64,000 nucleotides of DNA. Source: Tubulanus polymorphus (lineage: Eukaryota; Animalia; Nemertea). Both the position numbers and the translations under genes were made by a program. The DNA lies in the NCBI RefSeq assembly GCF_964204645.1, contig NC_134025.1, positions 28,438,299-28,502,298 of the forward strand. The letters run 5' to 3'. A model generated the notes under the pieces. The model ran no database searches. It saw nothing but the letters and a program-made list of their open reading frames with translations, and was not told the origin of the DNA. Every line of letters begins with the position of its first letter. Position 1 is the first letter of the stretch. Positions 15,301 through 28,400 of the stretch are shown here, one piece after another.

Positions 15301-16151
15301 ACATTGGGCACATTTACGCAGGGTTCTATCGAGTTTCATCAAAACGTATCCATTCAACCCTCCAGCGATAAACTTTGTTCACGGCACCGTGAAGAAGGTA
15401 TAATATGTACATTTTTGAGCCGAGTTTTATTCTAGGAATGAAGAATGCATTGGTATCTTTCAATTTCTTAAAGGCTGTTTTTGATATTTGCAACCTCCGT
15501 GATTTGAAAACCGTCCAGAACTGGCACGCATTATTCGCCGATTTCTATCAATTCCATTGTAAACACGAGATTGCCAATATTCTGCCAATACATCTTCTCA
15601 AAGCTGGATACACCAAAAGGTATAATACTTTCAGCATTTCATGCAACAGGATATCTCCGTTTTTACATCTATTCAAATGATTTTCTTCTAGATTGCTCAG
15701 CTTTATAGATGATACAAGAAACAAGATCAAGATACCAATCTTCAAGCAACGAATGTACAAAAATGTGAGTATACCTAAACGAAATAATGATTTAAGACCA
15801 ATTTCAGTTCATCTGGTATAATATATACACAATCCTTTGATCTTTTTACAGAAATTACGCTGTCAACAGGCAATTGTACCAAATATGACTAGTCCAGCCA
15901 TTATTTGCAATTTTTGTGGTTGTCACATCATTGGTGAAAACAACGAATGTTGTTTTTGTAATGTTCGGTATTCTCAACAGTCATTGGTTGCAGCTATGTT
16001 ATGTATGCAGCATCGTTCTCGTCATTCAAATAGGAATACGTGCTTCAAATGTGGTAAAATTACACTCGAAAAAATGATCAAATGTGAAGCTAAAATATGC
16101 ATATTTTGTAACACTGGTCTTAATAAATGTTGTAAACTTATTGTTCATTAA
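12330..16151 (+). CDS. DUF4062 (TEP1/NPHP3/NWD-type N-domain) + STAND/NACHT-like NTPase + C-terminal Cys-rich PHF5-like zinc knot
   Basis: IRLFVSSTFSDFFNEREIL, DLRWGI, CMEEIDRC, YRYGWVP (DUF4062); FYGR, Walker A AAPGYGKST, Walker B ICIVIDALNE, LSWLP, SPLWLQIACEELR. The last exon 15852-16151 splices in frame. The start (ATG 12330) is uncertain; firm coding begins at 12498. Confidence 0.82.
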
Positions 16152-16454
16152 ACTTGATCCATACTAAATCTAAAGCAGCAATCTATCCATGTCTCCATTT
16201 GTTATTCCTGTGCCATAATCTTCTCACAATTTACTCAACTAAGCTGTTTTTTTTGTGATTATGATAATAATGAATATGAATCAGTTTTATTTATGACAGT
16301 GGTTATATTGATTATACATTGTTCTTGTTATCTATGATACACTCATTTTATCTACAATTTAGCAATATAGATATGTTTAGGACATTTTATATCTTTTTGC
16401 AATATACATTTATTTACAAATGAATTTTTTTTTTTTAATTTAATTAATGGGATT

Positions 16455-19400
16455 TCACTCAATTTCCATTTCGTTACTAAAGCCTTCTTCAAGATCCCGA
16501 AGGACAAGACTCGTCAAATTCCCCAAGCTTGTAGTATCCATGATTTCTGTTACCACATTTGGTCCATTGCAATAACTGCTATTTCTGAAATTTCAAAATT
16601 GACTAGTAAAGTTACAGGCTATAACCAAGGCTGTAATTAGGAATGATTTCTTAAAGGAATGGTTACACGCTTACATCTGATAGGGAACTTGCTGTGAAAA
16701 CGGTACATCTACATTCACCAGATTCTGAATTGTGCAAAGTTGCGTGCTGACATCATCCGCTGATAGTTGTGGAATTGAAAATTCTCTAGCAGTAGTTTGA
16801 TGGGGATACGTCCCTGGTAGAGGCAAAGAACCGCCTGGTGAAGATGGAGCCGGACTAAGACACGAGAATTGCGTCGACGGCGTCAATGGAGCATCGGATA
16901 AACAGCTCGACATCGGTGAAATCGGACCAGACGAACCAGATCCTATACGCCTGTAATACCCACATACCGGTGTCATCGATATAGAATATAAACATAAACC
17001 ACCGGTCAAATAATGACATGTGATATGTGCTTACCGTCTGGCCTGCATTTTTTGTTCACGTCTCAGTGGCAAATATCCATCAAGATTCACTGCATCTAAA
17101 ATGAAATTGAACATGCACTCGTAAAAAATGTATAAACGTAAAAATCTAAATATGTCAGTTACAGAAACTAACCTTCTTCATCCATAAAATCAGCAAATGC
17201 TACGTTGATAGGTTCACGCGGGTACAAATACAGAAGTGGTTTATCCAATAATTCATCTTCGATTCCCATTCGCGTCAACATCAAACCAAAGCTTTGCTCT
17301 TTGCTCCTATTTGTTTCTTTGTCATATAATTCTTTGAGGAAAAATGGATTTCCGTGAGCGACTTCATTATCTGATAAACATACAAAAAAATACACATTGC
17401 TTTGTATTTTTACATCATTTTCTGCAATCGTTTAGCTAAAATAATCACATGTACGTTACCAAGAACAACAGCTACAGATAATGCTCCATAAGGCACAGAC
17501 TTTTTATTGATGTACGTTTCACTGAATCGAAGAAGAAATGTTCCATTCGGTTTACCACTCATCAATTCATTCGTTCTTTGTTTCGTTATGTAGCCAATAA
17601 TTTTACTGAAAAAGTAAAACACAGATCGTTAGGAATTTCTATAAATTCAATTTATGCAAATTCAATCTCGTTACACTTACTTGTCTCTCCAGACATTAGG
17701 CAAACATTTCGAAATGAAATTCAATGTGGCGTGGTACCATCGCCAGAATGTGAATGAGTTGTTTGGAGGAATCGTCTCTTCGTTGAATTTTTTCCATGTT
17801 ATCTCCGTGGTAGAGTCATCAACAGGGCCTACTACAAAATCAAATAGAATTTCTTCGACAATTAAGAAAAAAATATAATATGTTAATTTCACTTGGAACT
17901 ATTCGTACCTATTAACTTCTCTTTGAAGAACTCAATATTCTCTTGAGTTAGTATGCGTCTAGTTTGCTTGAAACATTCAACTTTCAACAGATTTATAAAG
18001 TCTTTCCAGCTCACCCTTCTCACAGTACTCTCTGGCAGTTGATTCTTAAAATATGTAAAGAATGATTTTTCGTTTTTTTTGCTCTCAGTTTGAAGAGAAA
18101 CAAGCATCAAGTTGCAACAATGCATCAAAAGCTTACCAGCTCACGGAAGGCATTATCCCAAATAATAGTTGCCATACAGTTACATTCCTGCGATGTGTGA
18201 GACGTTCTTGCAACTATAGACAATGATTTTATCTGCAAAAGGTCCCAATTGCAAAATTGTTAACTTTCGGATAATTCACATCTATCGAATATATGATGAA
18301 GTCATTCTAAATATCATTTGTCTGGTGTAAATACATGTGTGAACATGTACAAAGATTGATTGGTGATAATGAATGAAGCTTGATTTTTCTAGAATGATGA
18401 AGCTGCGCAGTAGTATCATCAGAAGCAAAAAGCCCAGCATCTAATCTGAAATTTCACTTTCTACAAAATGCCTTTTAAATAATGAATCTTATAACGCTGA
18501 ACAGTCTCTTTGTGCAATCGAATAAATCTTGGTTATACTTTCAAAGCCATAGCGGAATGCTCAGTAAAAATCATTCTCAAACCTGTATTGGAATTGTTAA
18601 TTGGTTGTTAATTGGACTTAAGTAGTATGGACAATTTCCCACCTCCATATTAGGCACTTTCAAAGGTTCTTTCAACGCCGGAAACTTGATTGAAGCCGTT
18701 GTTTTGAAGGACATGTAATATTTCTGTTCAGCAACTTTCACATCACAAGGTAATGTCTTGAAATCTTTGACGATAAGTTTATTGAATCTGGCTGTCACAA
18801 TTCCATTCGACTGAACAAACTTTGCGCTGTTATTTTTGATGGAATTATTTGATTCGCCTGCAGCATTAAAAAAGGTCGCTTCAACTGCCTCATATAAAAC
18901 TGATGGACATTTAAACGAAGGCAACAGACACCTGCAAAACAAGATGAAAACATTTCTTGTAAGCTACTGAACTTCAAAGAATTATGAAATGAAAAATGTT
19001 GCCAATTTCAATAATCCACACCTCAGAATCACCGCAAAGTCTTTTGACTCTTTGTCTTTCAGTTTCATTAATTGTGGTGGTTGCATTTCAATAATGATGG
19101 AACTGAAATAGAATAAATTTATGAAAAAATAACTTGATAATTGAAAGATGATGATTTCCCGCAAGAATACTGTTTGTCTGTGTAAAGAATATAAGGTGAT
19201 GAAGTCAGTAACAACATTATCAAATTTGTACATACTCTCGAACTAATGTCTTCATTTTTTCCAGCAATGATGTATAGTATTTATTCATAATGACGTTCAA
19301 TTCTTGTTTACTCTTAACCTTCAAGATCAAAGGCACCGCTTTGATAGTCAGTGCCATGCACTCCTCACATAACAGAAAAAATTCACAAAACCTGAAAAAA

Positions 19401-21488
19401 TGCCATGAATGGTTTCATTGCAATATCCGGTAACATTGAATTGTGCATGTAAATACTTCATATATACGTATGAATGTGTATATCCAGGACTTACAACTTC
19501 TGCATTACATCCAATGAGAGAAAATCTTTAGCTTCAAGTTCACCAATAGGAAACTTCTGTTCATTTCTCCAAGCCATAACATCAGACAGTAAAGCTGCGT
19601 GTTCAGCTGAACATATTTCAATAAACTGGTTCAGATAGTTACACAGCTTCTGTAAATACACAATAATGATTCGATGAAATTGCCTCGAAATCTCTCCATA
19701 AAAATCTAGGAACGATGAGAAAATTCTTTCACCTCTAGATACTTAGAAAGAAGATATAAATTACTTTGGGATGCCAAGCCATCAGATTCTAGTCTCCTAC
19801 TCTTTGTACCTAGACAAGAAACCAAATATTTAGTCCCTCGTACTCATAATCTTAGTAAATCTTTAATCTAAAATTCTTAAAATTTACACCTGTAGGTGAC
19901 GGTGCGGTTTCTTGATTCGAATTATCTTGTTCCATGTTACCAATGGCTTGTGCAATCTCCTGAAAGATAATGTGTTACCGGTACATTAACTATGGTATAC
20001 ATACAATGAAAACAACTGTAAACTTTAGAATGATGCAATACATACACCTCTAAGTAAAGACAGTTGGTTCAAGCGATTGCGATGTGGCTGTTCTGGTGAC
20101 GATGATTCTTGCGGATATATCGTTTCAATTACTGTAGATCCTTGATTCACCTTACACTAGAACACCATAGATATCGAAGAGAAATTACAATAATTAGTAG
20201 CACTTTAAAAACGATATCACGCAGAGGATCTGAATTAGGGAGGGAATCATTTTGCATCCCCAAAAAAGTGAAATGGAGTAAATAAAGTAAATGACTATGG
20301 CATATTACGGGAATAGATAATGTGAACAAATCATGCGCCAATTCATAGAAGAGAATTGATTATTCATAATAGATTTTGTTGTGCTAACATAAACACATAT
20401 TTCTATTCACAAACAGAACTGAATTCAACTTGATGCAATTTATTGTACTGATGGTACATTCACACATATCTAATAGCAATGTAGCAACAATTCGATAAGA
20501 TTTATGATTCTATAGATGAAATATAAATAGATTTATATAATTTAGAAATGGCAATACAGATTTCAGAATTTATTTATGATCTATGAATATGGGTGCATTT
20601 ATGAGAGGAATGAATGGATACAATGAAACTAGAAGTTATAAACTGGATGGATACATGTCCAACATCACATCCTTGTTTGAGGAAAATTAGTAACAAACCT
20701 ATCAACTACAATGACTATGAAAAAATTATGAAAAGATATAAAGCAGGTACAAACAAAGGACTGAAAACATAAAACATGTTCATCTAAAACTTACAGCCTC
20801 TTGTTTTTCATACTGAAATAGACATCATTTGGTTAAAACATATTGCACAATCAATACAAATGGGTATTTCGTAGCTTCCCTGCGTAAGGTCTTGTATGGT
20901 GTGTGCAATAAAAAAATTCATGAGTCTTTACGAATTTAGATATGACTGTTTTATTTTTACTTACAAATGTTTCAATAATTCGCTGTTCCGTCTTCAAACA
21001 TTCTTGAAGGGCTTTAAAAAACTGGAGTGGATCATCGAAATTTTTCTGTCAAATAAAGAAAAATGATGATGAAAAACACTAAAAACATTTATCGATACAA
21101 AGAGTTTGATACTGTCGTTTGTTAATAGAATTCTATGCGACAAAATCGCATCCCCGCAAACCTTCAATCTGTTTTTGATTGGTATGAAACATAATTCATT
21201 TGCTCTGTTAACTTTGGAAATCAATTCTTCAAACCACTGAGCTGCAAACCGCTGATTTTCATCAGTCCTATGAAAATTGAAAAGGACAAATAAATAGAAG
21301 TCTAACAGGCAGTTAGGCTAAAGAGGGGATTCATCTGTTAGAATTTACCAGTCTTTGCTATCAATCCATGCGTGATACGTTTCTCTCAGTCCAAAAGGAA
21401 TGTTTTTCTCCTCATAGATACTGAACAGAAATTGCGTATCATTTTCGTCGTGTTCTAGAACACTTCGTAAATCACTGTATTTACTCAT
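16455..21488 (-). CDS. STAT: Divergent STAT transcription factor
   Basis: N-domain (IPFGLRETYHAWIDSKDW), IEMQPPQLMK, ATIIWDNAF, linker FTFWRWY, SH2 GYITKQ...GTFLLRFSE and YLYP, phosphotyrosine-like LDGYLP, S/P-rich tail; many short GT-AG introns and an 18-nt microexon at 20795-20812. Confidence 0.9.
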
Positions 21489-22472
21489 TGCGCTGTAGTG
21501 TCTGTAATAAAATATTTCAACATCAAAAATCTTTTAAAGAGATGAAAATTTTGACCAAATCACAACACAAAAACACACAATAACAAATTGCAATTCAAAT
21601 CATTCTTCAGATCTGACACAATTTAAAACGCACATCCGTCATCCTGACCTAGTAGGCCCCTACCTACTATAACTGATAAGAAAACCATACATTTTCATTT
21701 AGCATGTCGTCAGGTACTCGTACTGGTGACAAGACATATCTAACTTTTAGCCTATCTATGCATGATGCATGCTATTGCTCGATGCGGAGCTAAAAATAGT
21801 AGAATAATTAAAAATTATAATAGCCTCACTTACTACTAATCTACTAAAAAAAGGCTAAGCTTACACTACTCACAAAAAAGGGAAAAAAGGCTCGTTTTAT
21901 CATGTTTATCATAATTAAGTCTGGAGGCCTACCACGGCTCACTATTAGAATGTTTTATAACATGACACAAATTCTATACCTGCTTCCTCAACAAACTTGA
22001 AAGAGCTGAACTCTCAATTCATCATATCAAAACACGAATATAGTTCATACTCGGTATTGGGGTCATGGGTTTTCCCATAGATTGATATTGACGGTGGCGC
22101 ATAGTGGTGCTTTCAATTCAAAATAGACGGCGCTGTCAATACGATTGTAAGCGGGTGGCTCCGGTAAATTCCTACCGCCAGGTTCGAATTATCCTAGATG
22201 GCGTTGTCTTAGAACCGCCAGCATTCAAAAATAAGTCCTCATGAAAAATACATTAGAATCACTTTAAAATCGATCTATTTAATCTATTTTGATAAGCCAA
22301 GTGTCAGGTATGTAGATAATCACATTAAGCCCAGCGTCTATCTTTCAGGGATAAGATTTAAGTTGCAATTCGTGGATTTGTCTTGATCTTCAAAAAATTT
22401 TCAAAATCAAATTCAAAAAAGAAGAATAAACTCGTTTTATCGATATTTCAGTTTTTCACCCGTTATTGAACA

Positions 22473-25400
22473 ATGAAGGTCAGTCAGTATCGACTGAGTC
22501 CTAACGAAGTTGAGAAATTATTGAAGGAAGAACATGAACGTCGAAAAAAATTACGGATTATTCAGGTAAATTAGATTCTTACATGCTTCATGATAATTCA
22601 TCAAAAAACAATGAGACAATTTTGATAGAAATCCACTTACTTCACTTATGTATTGCCAAGCCTGGAATAGATTGTTATATTGATGTTAAAAACATGGTTT
22701 TTGTTTTCATAAGGTTCGAGAACAATCAAAAGCCCGTGCAGCGAAAATAAGGACTGCCGTGAAAGAAGAAAGAGAAAGACAGCTTAGACTACTGGAAGAT
22801 AAAGCGCGGGTAAATAGAATAGAATCTGCGTGGGAAATTTGCTGCTTGAACTTTTTGTCAAATATTCAATTACGATGTATTTTGTCATGAATAGGCGGAG
22901 CTTGAAGCAGAACGTCAAGAAAAAATCAAACAATTAGAAAATGAATATGAGCGCTGTTTAAAATCAGTTGGTGAAGCTCATACTCACGCATCTGATTTAG
23001 ATAAGGTAAATTCGACGCTATGAAAACGTTCCTGAAGACGAACAAACTTTGATGATTGGTTCTGAATTTCCAATTTGCACGTTTCTAGGAGCATAAAGAT
23101 GTAAAAAGACAAATCAAAAGAGAAAAAGATGATTTGAGGGCTAGAAAAAGACATGTTGTGGCATTGAAGAAGGAGAAGATTCAAAACGATCTCCAAAAAT
23201 ACGAAGAAACTAAAACAATCATCGCCAGGTCGGATACGGTTCTCAATTTGTCTCTAAATGAGTTGATTGAAAGTAACTTTTTGATTATGATTTATTTCCT
23301 TGCAGACAACGTACACTTGAAAAAGAACGTGAAAGATCGGCTCACATTGCTAGTTTACCTCCTCCAAAACCAGATCCGGTGAATGAGATTGAACCTCCAA
23401 AACGTACGTGGGTTTCATTTCCATCCAGGGTTCCTACAGACCTAGAGAAAATCGGGGGGTCCCGGATTTTTTTTTTCTCCTGCTGGAAAAATCACAGGGA
23501 ATTCTGACTTTTCTTAAAAAAAATCAAAGTCACTTGTCTTGTTGAACTCGCTGGACCAGCATAGAACCCTTCATAAGAAACAGCCCCCGCTGATGATACC
23601 TTTTACAATACAATCACGGAGTTTTTGGTGAAGGGTATGGGAAAATTGGGGAATTTTGGATTTCTTGTTAAGTAAAAACACTGCTGATAACACTTAGATG
23701 TAATAGCTAAATATTTAGTTTATTTTTTTGATTTATTGTAGATAAACCAGTTACTGTTATCGATGCATTTTCGAGTACATATTTTCATTTGTCTGAAGAG
23801 GATTATGCCGTTATTCGAGCTCAACCAGAGGAACAGGTTTGTATGTTATAAGAGTATATATTCAGAGTATATATTATAACAAACACCAGGACCCAGTTCC
23901 ACATTTGTGAGTTGAAATTTGACTCTGAGTTAACTCGTTGAAAATGCACTGATTTCAACTCATAGTTAACTCTAACTCACAACTGTGGAACTTGGTCCTG
24001 GTGTTTGTTATAGGTGTTTTTCATGGAACGATCATCAATAATTCTTGACATGTTTTTATTTGCAGATCGACGCACGGCTCCTTGCCGAAGAAGAAGGACA
24101 AAAATACGAAGATGAATTGGAAGACGTCGGAAAAACCAGACGCGATTTCTCAGAAAAAGCGAATCTACGCGGCAAACATGCGTTACATAAGGAAGTCTTG
24201 AAACGAGTAAGATTTATCAACATGAAAACCTGTAAATTAAAAATTTCCATGATACAAAATCGACATTTCATCTTGAACTGTATAATTAGGATTATGGTCA
24301 ACTGCTTCTTGATTTGAGTGATTTACAACGTAAAGATCGTGAAAGAAGGCAGAAAATAGTTCACAACATTCCCGTAAGTTTCTATCATGAGTAAGAGTCA
24401 ATTCTACCGGTAACCGATGAAATACGGCACATCTTAACCATTCTCCTTATACAGAGAAACGTCTTCCAACCTCCACATCGACATTTAGAAGAAAAAATGG
24501 AACGGCAGCATTTGATGGAGATGAACTTTGAAGATATGTATACAGAACAACAAACAGGTATTTACAATATAAACGTTGATATGTGTTTAAACTGACTGCA
24601 TACCGTAGGTGTTTCTCATCATTATTGATTCTATTATTTCAGATAAATTTGAAAGGCCGGCTCTGTTAGATATCACTAATGAATCTCAAACTGAAGGTTA
24701 GTTGATGTTGCGCTTATTTCAAACCCGATGCTGAAATGCTGCTTGTTATTAATATCGGCGGTTAATTTCCAGGTGCAGGTTTAAAACATCTTTTGGATAA
24801 AGTTAAAAAGCAACAAGAGCGCTGGATACACGAAACAGATCAACAATATCCGGATCACGGTGAACCAGTTCCATCTGACGGTAGGTGAAATAAAGATCTT
24901 TCTAAATTATGAATTTAGTTCAAGCGTTAATGAAATGCTGTTGTCGTTGGTTGGTGGTTTTAGATGGTCCTGAAACATCAGAAGAAAAGGTTGTGGCAAC
25001 TTCTGAGGAATCGCCGTTCATCACGGAGGAGAGTGAAGTAACAGATGTTGGAGTGACTGACCAACCAAGTGTCTCGCTTCCACAATCTACTACTCAATCA
25101 CCAGGTATATTAATGATTAAGATAATTATTTATGATTCATGCATATGAAACATGCTGTCTGCTATGGTTTGATTCTAGGGTCAACAATCGGTGCGAATGA
25201 CTCGGATGGCGTGTTACGTCACCCTCTCGAAGAAGCTATGAGAATAAGACAAGCGGCACAAAGACAAATTCAGTCAGTCGATAAGAAACTTCAGGTAGGA
25301 AACTGTTTGTTTGATTGAAATAAACTCGTTATCGACATGAAATTCTGTACTTATTTGCGATCTCGATGCTTTTACAGGATTTTAGAGAGGAGAGAGCAGC

Positions 25401-28400
25401 TGACCAGCCTCATAGATCATTTCTCAATCAGCAACATATACTCGAGTAAGTCTGACAAATGTGTAAAAATCATACTTAAACTTCAATTATCACAGTAAAT
25501 AGAATTCCTTCGATTTTAGGCAAAAAGCGCAAGAAATACAACTGAAGATAGAACAGCTGGAAGCCAAGCGCAAGGAAATGGAAGAGAAAGAATCTCAAGT
25601 TTCTCAACATCTCATGGAGATCAGCCAACACCCGTTAGAGATATCTGCAGACGCTCAAGCTGAAGCCGATGTGAGCAGTGTTTCATCGTACCTTCCTCCG
25701 GCCATCGACGAACGCTTGTTGAGAATACGTCGTTTTCAGAATGATTTATTAGTAAAACATCAACTGAATCAGTCAGGAGCGAGCAGCGCGAGTAGATTGA
25801 GTTCATCTATTCTCAGCAGCGGATCATTGACCCCTCCATTTACACAATCAGCTTCATCCTACATGTCACCGGTGATGGGTAGTTCTCCGACACTGATGCG
25901 ACCTGCTGCGGTAGATCCTGTCGGTCAGTCGAACGTCATTCAGGCGATGGCTCAAATGGCGTCTCTCGCAAATCGTTTGTATCAACTATCGCCGCGTGGT
26001 CGAGAATACATGTCCGAATCTCAGCCAATACTCTCTACAAGCGAACCAATGCATGAAATACTTTCTTCAGGGAAATATTCTTATTCCGAGGAACCTGCTG
26101 CGGAAAAGTTGAAAGACTCAGTACCTCAACCACCTTCTATAGATGTTACGACTAAGACTGACTTTGTTCAAGCTCGTACTGATAACAAGACCAGTCAAGA
26201 TGTTCAACAAAAATTACCCTCACCGGCTAATCAAAATAAGCAGTCGTCTCCTGAAACTTTATATCAATCTGCTCAATCTTTGAATATTCTTCGTCAAGAT
26301 GATATCAAATCTCCACAATCAATGGCTGTGCCATCTACACCTATTCCTCTAGTTCAAGAATCATCAGCAGCATCTGACGCTTCAAAATCCGACGAATCTA
26401 TTAAAAAACGTAAGGAAGACCTCGAGAAGCAATTGTTAGATATTCAGAATCAAAAACAAGAAATACTGAATCGACATTCGGAGATTTACGACAACTGGAC
26501 ATCGAAACTACAGGAATGGATGAAACCGTTACAAAGCGGTTCTTCCACTGTGGAGGCGAGTAGCGCCACCCCTGATCGATTGAGTACGTCTGGAGAACAG
26601 ACACTCGAAATCGACGAAAAACTCCTCGAAGAAATAGATAAATTGTACGATAGCTCTCCGGAATCCGAGGATTCCGACCCTAAACGAATTCCGCCACCAG
26701 TTACGAAGAAAGTGATGTTTCGGGATGACATCGTTCCGCACGAACTCAGCACGATACAAGAAGTTGAAACGCCTCAAAGCGATCGTAGCAGTCAGAGTCA
26801 GAGTTTAACCTCCGAAGACGCTCGTCGAGCTTTAGAATTCTATAAAAGCTTCGAAAAGATCGACCAATCGACGACTCAATCGGGATCCGGAAATGACTCG
26901 ATTCTACCGCAGTCGGAACTGAGTCAAAGTCCGATTCAGAAGTCTCCGAGTCTGACATCAGACGTCAGTCCGAGTAAAACTCTCGAATTGAGTCAACATC
27001 CATTTGTCCCGTCGCCGCAGGGAATACAACACGATGGCAGTTCACAGATTATTCATCAACAGAAAACTATCAATCAATCATCCAGTGCTGGTAAGTGTTC
27101 TGATCAAAACCTCAGACAAATACAGTCAAATTCAATTAAGTTGTCATAGTTAAGTTCGGATGACCATTATCTTGATGGCTTACGCTGACAAGCGAGAGAA
27201 CTGAAAATAGAGACAACTTAAGTGATGCGATGACTTATACAATGACGACTTACTGGAGTTTGACTGTATTGATTTAAGAATACTTATACATTGAAACTCA
27301 TAATGTTTTATGATTTTCAGGTTCGAGCACTGAACTGTCGCAGTATTCGATGACATCCGGAGAGAAATCAGTAATTCAAGTCGCTCCACCTACATTACAC
27401 TACGATGAAGATGATACGACTGAATCTGTCGCGCCTTCATTTACATCTCCCTTCGCCGGAATCGACGAGACGAAACAGCAGCAGGAAATACAGTTCGCGC
27501 CTCTTCCTCTCGATATGTCAGTTACATCGAATAAAACAGCCGATTACTCGCAGCATCCGATTCTAACACCGGCGCAAAATGTGGTTTCAGCTCGTAAAAT
27601 GACGGATGTCACGTTACCCTCTCCACCTATTGATCTATCTGCTATATCTTCGGTATCCCCGGCTCAACACCACGAAACGACAACATTCTACGGCACGAAT
27701 TCCCTGCTAGGAGCCGACGATTCTAAAATGAGCGATCGAATGAGCATCGGTGAATATCAACAACTGAAATCGACGTCGGCGCCTTCGCAATTCACCGCTT
27801 TACAATTAGACGCATCGCTCGCGTCCTCAGGAAGGACTCTCGAATTATCCCAACACCCGATCTCGACCCCGAGTTCATCGACATCTGCTACATCGCCCGC
27901 GAGTAAACTGGATGAAACTTCGTCTCCGTTCTATGGGAATATTTCCGTTTCGTCTGGTCCTCGATTTCAACCGCTCGAAGCGAGTATGTCTTCGTTTCTC
28001 GAATCGAGCAGCAACAAGAGGAGTTCGATTCTTAAAGAAAAAATGGCGCCGATTCAACGAGAGAGATTTTCATTTCAAAAACCGGGAGAATCTTCAATCG
28101 CTTCGTCAATACATCACGATACTACAACAATGAGTCAACATGCGAGTAGCACTATAGATACAGTCAGTGAGGCTCCACAACGTTATTCACTACACAGTAA
28201 CTTGAAATGGGCCGATATTCTGAAGAGCGACCAAACACAAAACACGTCGGTGACTACGAAGGGCAGTACCGCTGAATTTCGAGAATTACACAAAACTATA
28301 TCCCCATCAGCTTTTACGGTCGAGAAGGGTTTAAAAGATTTGAGCATCTCTTCTTCATCGCCGCTCTCCGCGTCTACCAGTACACCGGCTTCGTTATCCG

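Noticed and set aside
12498-16151. Calling the DUF4062-NACHT gene TEP1, NPHP3 or NWD1
   Set aside because: It lacks the TROVE domain and WD40/TPR arrays that define those genes.
20965-21045. Apparent in-frame stop in a STAT N-domain exon, suggesting a pseudogene
   Set aside because: With the acceptor at ~21046 the exon reads KNFDDPLQFFKALQECLKTEQRIIETF without a stop; the ORF-track stop is in another frame.
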